A DNA stretch of 63,947 nucleotides from Geosiphon pyriformis uo1 (Eukaryota; Fungi; Glomeromycota): NCBI GenBank assembly GCA_016748015.1, contig JAAOMT010000176.1, positions 124,054 through 188,000 of the forward strand. The letters are read 5' to 3'. A program made the translations under genes and the position numbers. Below are positions 11,167 to 24,400 of this stretch, one piece after another. Each line of letters starts with the position of its first letter. The first letter of the stretch is position 1. The notes under the pieces were generated by a model. That model was not told where the DNA came from and did no database searches. It worked only from the letters and a program-made list of their open reading frames with translations.

Positions 11167-14100
11167 TTAGATTTGTTTTATTCGCAATAAACTGTCTGCA
11201 TTTCCATTGTCTTTTCTTTTTTTATAATGTATAGTATACTTATATGATATGAGTGCCATTTTCCATCTTGACTGTTTTCCATCTCCAAATTCTTGTTTTT
11301 GAAGTGATGTTAATCCTTTGTGATCTGTGTATACCTCAAACTTCTGGCTCAAATATTTTTTCCATTTCATGACTGACCAGTATATTGCTTAGTTTTCTTT
11401 TTTCGGTGTTCCATAATTCTTTTCGGCTGGTGTTAAATCTCTGCTGGCATATGCCACTGGATGTTCTCTGCTGTCTGGTCCTTTCTGAGATAGTACTGCT
11501 CCTAATGCCTGGCCAGATGCATCTGTGGTAATGATGAATGGTTTGCTGTGATCTGGATAGATCAGTACTGGAGCTTGTATAAGCTTTCTTTTTGGAATAT
11601 CAAAAGCTTCTTGTTGACTTTTGGTCCATTCATATTTTGTATCTTTGTTTTGCAGTTGGTTAAGTGGCTGCACTATCTTGGAAAAGTTTTTGATAAAACG
11701 TCAATAGTAGCTGGCAAATCCCAAGAATGATTTCAGTTCTGTTATATTGGTCGGCACTGGAAAATTTTTTACTATCTCTATTTTTCTCTGGATCTGTTTT
11801 GATGCCATCTTTGCTGACTATGTGTCCCAAGAATTTTAGTTCTGTCTTGCCAAAGAAGCACTTTGTTACATTTAACTTTAGTCCTGCTTTTCTTAGTCTT
11901 TCAAACACTTGTTGAAGATGATGAAGATGATCATCAAATGTTTTTGAAAATACATTGGTGTCATCCAAGTATACAACTACTGATTTCCACAATAAGCCAG
12001 TGTAAACAATTTCCATTAGCTGTTGGAAAGTTGCTGGGGCATTGATTAAGCCGAATGGTATCATTTCAAATTCAAAATTCCCTTCTCTAGTAGTAAATGC
12101 TGTTTTTTCTTTGTCAGCTGGATTCATGGCTACTTGCCAGTAACCACTGTTCAAATCTAATGTTGAAAACCATTTGTTCCCACCAAAAGCATCGAATAAT
12201 TCCTGTATTCATAGAATTGGATAACTGTCTCCACGAGTTATACCATTGAGTTTCCTGTAGTCTACACAAAACTGGATTTTTCCATTCTTCTTACAGACAA
12301 GTACCACTGGTGACAACCAGGGGCTTATTGATGGTTGAATTAGCCCATTGTTAAGCATTCTGTTTATCTCTTGACAAATGATCTCGTGGCTGGCTGGTGG
12401 CACTCTGTATGCTTTTTGTTTGATTGACATTACATCTCCAGTCTTGATCTGATGCTAGATGATGTTAGTTCGGCCAAACTCATTTTCACTGGCAAAGATG
12501 TCATTGAAATTGTTGAGTAACATCTTGAGCTGCATACATTGGAGTGGATTTAAGTTTTCCATGTTCATTTGTTCCAATTGTTCTGGTTGGAGCAAATAAC
12601 ATTTGTCTCGTCCATAAATTGTTTGTAATGTGATGTCAACATATCCACAAAGTTGTGGAAAGTCTGGAATGGGGTTTGGTGGTTGGTCTTCTATTTCTGT
12701 GGTTAGATATCTGATGATGGTTCCTTCTGGTATGTTGATGACATTGCCAGTGTTGTTGTAGATGGGAATTTTTATGCTGCTATAGCTTTTGGCTAGTATG
12801 TGGAGATTAATCAACCCAATCTCTCCTGATTCACAAAGGTTTGCTTCAGCTTCAAAAATTTGTCCTTGCTTCTTTTCTTTCCTTCCTATTGCTAGCATGT
12901 ACTGGCTATATGGTGGAATAGAAATAGTTTAACCAGTTGAGATAATTTCTCCTTGGCAAACAATTTCTTCTTCCGTTATATAGACTAGTACATCTATTCT
13001 ACCCATTGATCCAAATTCTTGTATTCCTCTCACTGTTATTCCTAATTCCTCTCTCTTTCCTACTAACACTAACTGAGCTACTCTAATCAGAGGCAGGAAT
13101 ATTGTCTGTGCTATATTTTCATTGGGGTCTATTATATAGGTCTTTTCTAAGTTATTTTGTAGTATGGCAATGATATTTTCTATATATCTCACATCAATTA
13201 TTCCTTCTCTTATATTGATCTTTCTTTTCGCTAAACTACTCCTAGATGCTAATTGAACCATTGTTGTTGCTGAAATTTCTAGTGCTATTTTCAGATCAAT
13301 GTAGGTGTGTGAATATGGTTCCAATTTGATGGCATCTTTTCCTGGATATCTTAGATTAAACCCTGCATCTGTATCATGCGCACGTTCTGGCATAATACCT
13401 TCCCCATTGTCACTATACCATTTCAACTCTTGTTCCTTGGAGAGATCTGGTAATACAATGTATTGTTCATAGTTTAAATCAGAGTTTGAATCTGAGTTGG
13501 AATTGGTATTGTTGTTGTCACCATATTAAATAGAGCTGGAACCGGTGTTTTCATTGTTGTCGTTATTGGGGTTTAAATTGTGATTGAAAATCGATTCCGA
13601 TTCTGATGCACATCTGCTGATTGGTTCTTTCTTTTCAGGAATTGTATAGATCATGCGTGGTGGTGGATTGTAAATGAAGTCACACTCATCACAATACTGG
13701 AAGTCATAGAGAATTAAGCAGTGTTGACATAGTCGAGTGTTCAACTGCTCTAACCATTGTTCTTGTTCTTCCCTTGTGGGTGCTAATTCTTGGTAGTGTT
13801 CATAGAATTGTTCCAGATCTAGGAGATTTATGATGGGTTCTGTGTCCCAGTCAAGCTCTAAAGATTCTGGGGGGTTGTCTTTGATTGTTTTTATTTCCTC
13901 AGGTGACGCCTCTTCGATTTTGGCAAGTGCCATTCACCAAATCTTGTCATCATTATGTGGACAACTGTCCAGTCACTGTATGGCTCTTCTTCAGGCTGCT
14001 TCTATTGGGATTCCTTTCCTTATCCAGTCACTTATTAAAATCATGTATTGACATGATACATCACACGTTCCTCTACATCTTGGAATGTTGTTCCACATTC

Positions 14101-17100
14101 TTTCATCCAGAAGAGTTTCTCCACAGACTATACATGGCGTATTATCCCATTTTTCTATTCATTTTGGTCTTCCAAAATGTTTGATATGGTATGCATGGCA
14201 ATAGAACTTGGTTGTTGTCTGATATTCTTTGTCATCACCACAGCATGCACCCATTGACGACAATTTCTTACTGCAATCAACGCATATCAGTTTGGGTCAG
14301 CAATAGGTCGATAGTTGTTGTTGGCCATAGGTGTATGAGATATAAGTATTGTTGGTTTGAGTGTTTTCTTCCTTTCTCTCTTTCCCTTTTCCCTTTTCTT
14401 CTTTGTTTTCTTCCTTCCTCTCTTTTCCTTTTCTCTTTTCTTCTTTGTTTTCTTCCCATTCCCAGCTTGAGGTCAGTTCATTCTTGTTATTGTCAGTCCA
14501 GGTCAAGTCATCGGTTTTCTAGATAAGTTCTTCTTTTTGTTTCCCTTTTCCATTGTTGTTGTCATTTCAGGGGAGTATTGGTGGCAGTTTGTTATGCTTT
14601 TCATCAGCCCACGACACTTGGTAGGCTTCCCAGGTAGGTTTCTCTTTCTTCTTCTCCAGTTTGATCAATAGTTTCTCTCTTAGAGGAGTCTTGAAGTGGC
14701 CACATGTGGCCAGTACACGTATGTGTTGGTCCTGATATGTTAGCTGGAGTTCCTGGGTGTTCTAATCTAACGTTGCATTAACTTTGGATAGCCAGTTATT
14801 ACCAACAAGAGCTTGGTATTGAGTGGCTTCCATCACTAGAACTTTAATGGAAGTCACGATGCCATTGACTTCGAAAGAGAAGTTGTCGATTTCGCTGATT
14901 GGAGTTTTGGTCACTCCATCAGCTATAATGATTCTGGCGCTGACAGCTCGATCAACTCGGCAACCTAATTGGTTCATGAATTGCCGTGTGATGATACTGC
15001 CTGCTGAACCACTGTCAAGGATTAATTTGATGAGTTGTCCCTCAATTTTGACATCAGTGTATATTGCAGTGATTGGTTTGGCTTTAAGAGTGGCTTCACT
15101 AAATAATAGCATTGCAGCTGTTTCTTTGAATTTGAATGGGAAGATAGCAGCCAAAGACTCGTCTTCAGTGATGGTAGCAAATGAGATATTACTAATGAGT
15201 GGTTGTTTTTGGGCAAATGCTGGGTTATTGGTTGAGGCGTCTTCTGGGAATTTGGGTTCTGGGCTTGACCAGTACCCAAATTCCACTGGCATAATCCAGA
15301 TGATTGCTGTGAAAAACTGGGAATTGGTTGATGGACTACTATTGCCGATCTCCAGCTCTGTTGAGTCATTCTCAGTCTTTGGATTCTGTTGGGTGGTAGG
15401 CTTTGGGACAGTGTTTGGATTTGTTGGGGTTGTGGATTATTTGTGGCTACAATTGTTGATAAATCACTTGTGGCTGTGGTTGATAGATTGGAGCTTGATA
15501 CACCGGAGACTGATAGATGGATGACTGTATCACTGGTAGGTAAGTGGATTGGTTTTGATTTGGGTACTAATTCGGAGTTTGGAACTGGCGATTGGAGTTT
15601 CGATATTGATTTCCCAATCATTGGTTATTTAAATGCTGGCGATAGTCAATTTGGATGTGTCCTTGTTTACCACAATAATGACAGATACATGTTTCTTGTT
15701 GCCACCGTTGATTAGTTGATAAAGATGGACATGGCTGATTTTGGGCATGATTAGAGTTTCCTTGATTATTGTGTCATTGTGAAGGCTGATAAATGACATG
15801 ATTGTCAGCTAAGTATTTTTTCAATCTCTTATTAATTGATTCACTGAACTTTTCCAATTTGGAATCCAATTCAGATGATCCGTTTATTACTAGATTAATG
15901 GCTTGGGTGTGATTAGCCTTTGACTTAGCAGATTCAAAATCTCTGGCGCGTGTAACTGTGTTTTGAAGGGTACCTGGATGCAATGGACGTACATGTTGTA
16001 AGATGCTGCTGTGCAGGCCACAGATAAACTGATTGAGTATCTGTGGTGCTGTAAAATAGTTGGTGTCAATTGCTTGAATTTGGCGTAGATTTCGATGGAA
16101 GCGTCCCAGGTAAGTAGTGACTGCTTCAGTTTTTCTTTGTTTAATGGTGGTGAATGCATTGACTAGGCAATTGATGCTGTTATTGTTGCTAAAGTATCTT
16201 AGGAATTCTGCTTTGAAGACATTAAAATCTTGTGGTTTATTAATCAAGCTCTAGTACCATGAATTGGCGGTATTCTTGAGAAAGTAGGGAATGGCTTGTA
16301 TTGCTCGAGTGTCATTCCATTCATTGACTGTGATGGCCTTTTCTACATTATTCAGCCATACTTGAGCATCATTCTCTTCGCCAGTAAAGTTGTCAAGTTT
16401 TGCGATTGGTGCATAGGCCATTGGATCTAAGTTAAATGGTTGTGGTGACTGTTGAAGCAGTTGTTGTTGTCCTGGCTGTTGGAGTGGTAGCTAAAGTGGC
16501 TGCTGTATGGGTTCGGCTATGGGATTAATCAGTTGATTGATGACGATTACTGGAGGTAAGTTTTGCTGATTAATTAATTTGGGTTTTTGATTTCTTTGAT
16601 TTGGTGGAGTTTGAATATTCGGAGTTTCAATTTCTGGATTTTCTAAATATTGTTGAGTTTGAATGTTTGGGGTTTCAACTTCCGGGTTTTCAGTGATCAG
16701 GTGCTGGTAAGTGAATTCTTGATCCTCTGATTCTTTTTTCTTTTTTTTTGATTCTGCTGCTTCCCACAAATCAGAGATTCCGAAATCTGGTGGAGGCAGT
16801 GGTGATCGAAGTCCTAATGGGGTTGATGATCACGAATTAAATTTCTCAAAGTATTTGTCATATGGTCCTAACAATTCTGTTTTCTTTTGTCTACTTTGGA
16901 ATGGGAATCATCCAAATGCTAATGTCACAGTTGATGGAAACGTGTCTGTTGATGATATGTTGATGGCGCTTCCAAGTGTATAGTGGTAGAATGGGTTGCT
17001 TGGGGATTCAACTCTGTTTTTCTTCCAAGCAGGTGGCTGTATTTTTCTGGGTGTTACTGCTGGTGTTTGTAATTTTCTCTTGCTTTTACTAGCATATGTA

Positions 17101-17402
17101 ATTGGATATCTTTGTTGAGTATGATGTTCAATTTTTTTGTTGATCTCAGTAATGATAGATGCAAAATTATGATTTGTTAGTAGGTTGGTGTTTTGAATTA
17201 ATTCCTTATAGAAAGTTTCTCTTGCTAATTCAGTATTCACTGATGTTCCTAATAAAGAGGAAATCTTTTTGTTGACGTAAAAATTGAAGGCTGATTTGGC
17301 AGATATATAATTGTGGTTTAATCCCAAGTATTGACAATAGTGTTGCAATAAGGATTTTGCAAATCCTAAATGGTTTGCTCCTATAATTTCTGATTCAGCC
17401 AC
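11167..17402 (-). pseudogene. Element C polyprotein (decayed)
   Basis: ORF fragments give Gag, LILDSGSAGS, dUTPase (DAGFNLRY, SRSSLA), RT (YLDD) and RH (TDASG...NADSLLRIKQI*). Confidence 0.9.
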
Positions 17403-17445
17403 TTTTGGTTTGGTGTTGTCGGTGCTGGTTCTCTGTAGGATTATA

Positions 17446-17462
17446 CCTCACAGGAAGCACCA
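17446..17462 (-). promoter_or_regulatory. PBS of element C (TGGTGCTTCCTGTGAGG)
   Basis: Identical to the PBS of E; complement CCUCACAGGAAGCACCA looks like a tRNA 3' end (elongator Met or Ile-UAU type, inferred). Confidence 0.85.
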
Positions 17463-17464
17463 AA

Positions 17465-18332
17465 TGTTACAGGGAATTATTTCTGCTGTTGAAATAAATA
17501 ACAACCTGTAACTTGGTGCTCAAAAGCTACTTTCATGATGATGTTCTGAAGGTGTGGTATCTGAAGGTTTTGATGGAGTCTTTTGTATAATGGACAGAGA
17601 TTCAATAGTGTCGATAGTAGGTATATCTTTCCAAGAGTTTTTCCAATTTCTTTCTCAGTGTGGTGACCAGATTTAGTCTGGCAGTCATGCCTTTTTGGTA
17701 AGCTATCCGATAATATATAAAATCCTACCCTTATTTCTGGGTCTTTTACCAGGTTATCCTTGACGTCAATAACTCAGTGCTTAATCTTTTAATCAATTAG
17801 TATACACAACAATCAAAGCAAATAAAATAAAGAAAATAAATAAAAGAAAATAAAGAAAGAAAAGAAATAAGTCCAGGCGGTTTGGCAGATTAGTATTCCA
17901 TCAATAGCCATGATCAAGAGCTATTGTTCCAGTGTGGTTAAGTATCAATTACTATCAACATAAAGTGTTGATAGTGAAGAGTGGATTGAGATATGGAATA
18001 ATTATTTATTTGATGATTTTGTTTTTTGGCTAAGAATTCTGTGTTTATCGATTCTGCCTTTTCTGTTTCTAACACTACCGCTATATATACATAATTGGGA
18101 TTCCTCAATTCCTTGATTTTTCATGACAGGAATCCTGGAATTCCTGAAATCCTGCGATTCTTTTGAGAGGAATCCTGGAATTCTGGAATCCTGCAATTTC
18201 TCGTCGGAGAATTCTGAAATTCCTGGAATCCTGCAATTCCTGAGAAAAATTCTGGAATTCCACATTTACTATGTTTACTTCTGATTGGCTAATAATTATG
18301 CTAATATATTTCCTATATTTCTATGAGTAACA
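17465..18332 (-). repeat. 5' LTR of element C (868 bp)
   Basis: TGTTAC...GTAACA ends, TATATATAG box, U3 tandem repeats; related to the LTRs of E and G. Confidence 0.9.
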
Positions 18333-21300
18333 CCACTGTTTAAGATAAGTTTGATTGGAGTATTGTTTACAGTGGCTTCCATATACATAGCAGTAATTGG
18401 AGATTTTTTGTCCAATGCTGCTCCACTGAACATAGCCTCGTTTTCCTCTAATTCAAAAGGAAAAATAGCTGCAAGGCTGCTATCTTTGGTGACAACTGCT
18501 AGTGGTATTGTCTGGCTCAATTTGTTGGAGGAATTTTTAGTTCTGTTTATGTTTTTACTATCATTGTTTCCAATGATTAGATTTTCTGGTATATTAAGAT
18601 AAGTTTGTTGATAATTTTGGTAGTTTGGATTGGTTTGCTAATTGGTTTCGGCATGGTTTGGATTCCTCTGGACCAACGCATTCTGGTTCTACATAGGCTG
18701 ATTTCAGGCCTCGGGATGCCAATTCAGGTTGGCTATCATGGGCTGTTGCTGGTAAGCTCCTTGATTTTAATACGTGGTGGAATATTGGTGTGGTATTGGC
18801 ATGTACTGGTTTCTGGGCATTTGGGGTGGCATGTAATAATTATTTTCGTGTGCTTCCTGCATCATTCGCGTTTGACATTGACTAATCAAATGTTTTACGT
18901 GTTTGCAAAAATGGCAGGCACACATTTCTGTTCTGAATTCCTGGCACAATAAGTGATTATTTCGACTGTCGCTGACTTCTTGGCTGCGTCTTTGGGGTGG
19001 TTGGTATGTATTTCTTCTTGGATCCAGAATGAGGTAACTTTTTATTTTCTTAGAGAGTTCCTCCCCTAATTGTATTACTCTTTTCTCTAATGTTTTTGTC
19101 TTATTTTCCTCCATTACCATGTTAACTATTTGACTATGATTAGCTTCTTTCTCAGCTGATTCAAGGGCTCTGGTGAGTGTAATGGCTTCTGGTAAGAAAT
19201 TAGGGTGGGCAGGGCATACTCTTCCTAAAATGCTGCTTTTTAATCCTCTAATAAACTGATTTAAAACCTGAGGATCAGTGTAGTATCCTTATTTAATCGC
19301 TTTAATCTGATGGCGAATTTGATTGAATTGAGCAAGATATTGGGTAACAGTTTCACCAGTATTTTGCTTAATAGTATTGAATTCATTTTGTAATTGGATT
19401 ATGGTGTTTGGGTTGCTAAAATACTTTAGGAGTGCATTTTTAAATTTGGCAAAGCTCATGGGTTTTGTTTTCAGACTTTGATACCATGAGTTGACTGTGC
19501 CTTTCAGGAAAAAAGGTAATGTTTGAATTGCTCTTTGGTCATTCCAGTTATTTGCCTAGATGGCTTTTTGTGCTTTTCTGAGCCATGTGTGCATGTCTGT
19601 TTCTTCTTCCTTTCCTGAGAAATCTGTTAGTCTTGCAATATATGATATGGTTATTTCATTGCCATTTTCTACTGGTGGGCTTATTGGTCTAAGAAGAGAT
19701 GTGATGATATTTCCTTGAGCGTTCCTAAAGGTGGCTTCCCTTATATCCAGTTCTTCCTCTTGATCACAAGTTTCTTGGTTTCTGAACTGGCTGCTTGTTC
19801 CAGTGACTGGTTTTGTGATTGTTTTTTCACTGGTCTCTTTTTCAGATTCCAATTCAGACTCTTCTTTATGGTTTTCAAACCCTGTTCTAAATTTTGGCTA
19901 AAAAAGAGGGTTTTGAAATAATGATGAATATCCTCCTGTAATTGGTATGTTTCCCTAGTTACGTTGTTTAATTTTATCAGTATAACTAGGAGTTCTTGGC
20001 ATTTGTGGAGTTGATGTTGATGATGATGCAGCTCCTAATAGAATTTGTATCTTATTTTCTGGTGAAAAATGGTATGATTTATCTTCTGGTGAATAAATAC
20101 ATTGTTTTTTTATTGATTGAGTGACAGTTTTTTTTGGTGTTTGAGCAGGTGTTCCTAGTTTTTGTTGGTTACTTTTCTGATTAGTTTCTAAATTTTCTTT
20201 GGTTTTGTTGGCGTGTTCTCTAGTGTTTTCTGTGGATATTGGAAAATTTTCATTGGCATATTGCTCAATTTCTTGATGGATTTTGACAATTGTTGCGGCT
20301 ATTACTGCTACTTTTTTTGTAGTGTATTGTGATAATTCTTTATACAATCCAAGTTTTGTGTCATGTGGTTCTTCTTTTTTTCCTATATGATAATTTATTC
20401 TAGTGTTAATATAATAAGTGAGGGCAGATTCTGCTAGACAACACTCTTCTGGTAATCCAAGATTACTTTGATTTTGTGTGTAAATAGCACAGCAGAATTC
20501 AAGAACAGTAAGATTAGGGGTTTTTGTTGCCACTTTTGTCTCTTTCTTTTTAGCAATGAATTATTGTTAATTATTATTTCCTTTTTGATTTTCTTTTCTT
20601 GTAGGGTGCACCAAATGTTACGGGATGGTTTTCTTGTTATATTTAATTGCTGATATCCTATTTTAATTGCAATCAGTCTTTCGTGAGTTCCTCAATTCTA
20701 TTTGTGTGATAATGTTACTATTATACTGAAGGCTTTCTTTTTAATGTTGCAATGTAAGTTATTCTTCAATTTCTGATTGTTGTGTGTGTTTATGTACTCC
20801 TTCTCAGAAGCTGAACTGAAATCTACCCACTATCTGGGGTTTTCTCTGAGGCTATCCTTGCAATTGCCTGATGTGTTTCTCTAATCTAGAAACACAGAAT
20901 ATTAATGGCCTTTAGTGCTTTTTCTAATTCTTACAATAAAGCTTTTATCAATTAGTAACAACGTAAATAATCTTGATCAAGGATTATTCTTCTAAGGGAT
21001 TCAGTTGATGAATAATAGTTTTATTCAATAAATAATACAAGTAAGTTTCTTAATACTTTGGGTTGTGATAATTCAGTTTTAAATATTTTTTTTCATTTCT
21101 TTTTGATTTAAAGATTTCTTGGGATATTTAATTTGAAAGTATAATTTAAAGTGGAGTTTGTTAGATAAAATTGGATCTATTGCTTGATAAGTTATAATTT
21201 TTATTACTTGATTGTTTTTTCCCAATATTAAAGCTACTGTATATATACATGTTTGTAGTTCTACGAGAAAACACATTGTAATACTTTCTTTTTGATATTT

Positions 21301-21489
21301 CAACCTGGTGTTTGCTGCTATCACCAATTGGTGTTGGCTGCTATTGTGAACTGGTGCTTGTCACTATCATAAGATAGTGTTTATTACTATGTTAATCATT
21401 ACTTTTCTAAGATTATTACTGCACTATATTATAATTGAATAGTTTGTATTATTTTTATGATTTTTTTGCTAAATTCTTAAACCGTAACA
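18333..21489 (-). mobile_element. Ty3/Gypsy element D (family A), 5' part, interrupted by element C in the protease active-site motif
   Basis: gag 18333-20533 closely matches 497-2447; PBS 20596-20613; 5' LTR 20616-21489; frame breaks at PIKLILNSG|LTR. Confidence 0.9.
20616..21489 (-). repeat. 5' LTR of element D (874 bp)
   Basis: TGTTACGG...CCGTAACA; matches the LTRs of A. Confidence 0.9.
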
Positions 21490-24400
21490 ATAGCTTAATA
21501 AGTTTTTTGGATATAATTATGAGTCTTTTGGCCAAAGTAAACAATCTTGTTTTGAAGTTAGAGTTTTATTCTTCTTAATAACCAGTTTTATTTGGAAGTT
21601 TGCTACATGTAATATTAGAAATATTAATGTTTTTGCTAAACAGAAAGATGTTGTTCATTGGCATATTAATTTGGATAATATAGTTTTTTTTGTTACAAAA
21701 ACAAAACTAAAGGCTAATATCAAGCCATAGATTGCTAATAAGTTTGATGGAGTACATATTTTCACATTTGAGTTGGATAAGAGTTTTTTTAATGCTAAAG
21801 TAATCATTATTATGAACAATTCTTTGGCTAAACATGTTTTTAAGATAGAAGAGATTTTTGGTTATATTATTTTGGTGTAGTTTCTGTTCAAAAACAAGCT
21901 CTTAGTTACAATTTTGGACTTATATACTAATACTTTGGTTGAAGCTAGGTTTAATCAAGCTTTAAATGTTAATTCTCTTATTGCTAAGACTGTTAACTCC
22001 AGCAATTTTGTAATTTTGGATGAGAATTTTAACAAAAATAAGTCTGAGAAAAGTGCAAATTTCAAGTTTTGTTTGGAGTTAGATCTGGTTAACTTATTTG
22101 GTGAATATTCATTGATTAAAACCTTTATTTAAAGCAACTTGAAAAATATTAAAAAGATTATAAATTATATTTTTGTGAGTAAAAGTTTATTGTTAGCTAT
22201 TGTTAATTATAAAATCAATTTTATGTTTAACTTTTTTGACACTAATCACAAAACTGTCTTGGTATCAATTGGTTTGAGTAGTCTTTTAGATATTTTTTTG
22301 AATAACATGTATAAGCAAGCTAATATAGATCATTAAAAGTTTAAAATCAAGAATGCTAATAATGTCAAATGGACACAATTTAAGAAATATTCTTTTGCCA
22401 AGTTTTTGGTAATTAATGATAAGTTTTTAAAAACAAAAACTAATGGTAATTTGAATATTATGTAAGATTTACTAAAAAAAGTAATAATAAAATCAACTGA
22501 TAAAACATTCTCTAAACATTGGTTTAGTAAGTTTTAATGTTCAAGAAACTGGTAATTTTTGAAGTTTTTTGGATTGAAATTGATAATTGCCAAGATTGTT
22601 AAGAAGTTGAGTTCAAATAACATGTTTAAATTTAATTATCTTGCTAAGAAATAGTCGACTTTAGATAGTAATAAAGCTCTTAAGATCATGAATATAGTTC
22701 AAAACAATGGAAAGTTATTGAATGTTCTTAAATATTTGTCAATAGTTTGAAAAAGATACAGAAAGTCTAAGCTTTATGATTTAAAATTAATTGAAGAAAT
22801 GTCTATTAAGAAAGTAATTAAAAAACATATAGAAAGTTTTTGTTTTAATAAAGAAAATATAATAAGAAGTATTTTGGATTGGTTTTTTTGCAAAGTGGTT
22901 TTAGATTATTTAATGATAAAAGATGATTTGATTCTAAAATCTAAAAAGATGAAGCTTAATATTGACAGAATTATGGAGAATTAGATAAAAAAATAGGCTG
23001 TGTTTCAAATAATATCTGATTTATAAACTTACTAATATATACTATTGAATTATATAAATAATAATGTTTTTTCTAGTGTAATAAAAGAAATCAGTATGGA
23101 AAAACTGTTTTTGGTAATTAATAGTTTGCTTGATAACAAAACTGCTGGTTTGTTTGGCATTTCTAATAAACTTTGAAAGCATAATAATAATAATAATATT
23201 GTAGAGTGTTTTTTAAATTTGTTAAATACATGTTTGTTCTTTGATAGTGTTCTAGTTTTGTGGAAAAAAGCTTGGGTTTTAATAATTTTTAAATTTTATG
23301 AGTGGAATAGAGTTTTAATAAACACTCAACTTATTGCTTTAATTAAAACAACCAGGAAAATTTTTTCCAAATTTCTATTTAATCAAATTTTATTTGTATA
23401 TAGCAAGTTTGGTGTTCTTTATGATAATAATTTTTCTGTTCTAAAAGGCATATCTACTTAGTCTTTTGTGTTTGCTGTTGAATTAGTGATTAAAAATACT
23501 TAAGAAAAAAATAAAAAACTTTAATTAGTCTTGTAAAATATGCACAAAGCATATGACTTAGTTGTTTAACACTACTTAAAAACTAGTTTACAATGGATTA
23601 AAATGTGTAACAGATTTATAAGATTTTTTGTTAACATATATAAGAACAAAATCAATTGAATAATAACTGATTTTGGTCTCTTAGGTGACTATAAAGTACA
23701 TAATAGACTGAATTAAGATAAAGTCTTCTTATCTTTTCTTTGGAGAATTTTTTATGATCCACTTTTGTGTAAAGTTAAGAGGCATAAACATTTATGTTAA
23801 TACTGAATTAATACTAAATTTGTGGCCAAAACAGACAGAATAGAAAATAGTGGTAAGATATCTTTCTTCTTTGCTGCTAATGTATTTGTAAATGATATAA
23901 TTTGGGTCAAGAATTGTTAAGCTTTTATACAGTATGCTTTGAATATTGCTAGTGAATTTTTTTCAATCAATGATATTTCTATTAATAATAAAAATACAGT
24001 AATTATTCTTATTAACTAAGATGTTAAAGTTGTTTCTTTAAAGATCAATGGTCTGTTAATTTTAATAGCCAAAAAAAGTAAAGTGCACAAATATCTGGGG
24101 ATTTTTTTGTCAACTAAAAAGTTGTTCAAGCCAAGTTTAGCCAAAATTCATTCTGATGTTTGATTTTTATTAATATGGTATTTAAAAAAACTATTACAAA
24201 TAAGCAGTTTTCTTATTTGGTCTCAACTATATTACAATTTATTATTAATTATAGAACTCAGTTTAATTTTGTTTTGTCAAGTGTGTATTGTTATAACCAG
24301 AAAGAGCCTCAAGTTTAAAACCTGTTTACTACATGATTTTTTTAGTGAGACTTTGTATTATTCCTCTTTATATGGTTTGAAACCATTTAAGCAAATGCAG

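Larger units (their letters stand above)
11096..18332 (-). mobile_element. Ty3/Gypsy element C (5' LTR, PBS, gag-PR-Cys-dUT-RT-RH), interrupted by element B at the integrase start
   Basis: Colinear homology with element E; at 11096 the sequence breaks at ATGAACAT, which is the IN start in E (35106). Confidence 0.9.

Noticed and set aside
10984-11190. 68-aa ORF with a TM-like segment
   Set aside because: Chimeric read across the LTR-B/element-C junction
14823-15524. Long antisense or alternate-frame ORFs over gag/protease (also 15022-15621, 29593-30099, 30280-30738)
   Set aside because: Shadows of the A/C-rich, stop-poor polyprotein frame; no independent homology seen
18100-18262. CRISPR-like repeat array
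   Set aside because: Degenerate tandem units without unique spacers, inside an LTR, in a eukaryotic context
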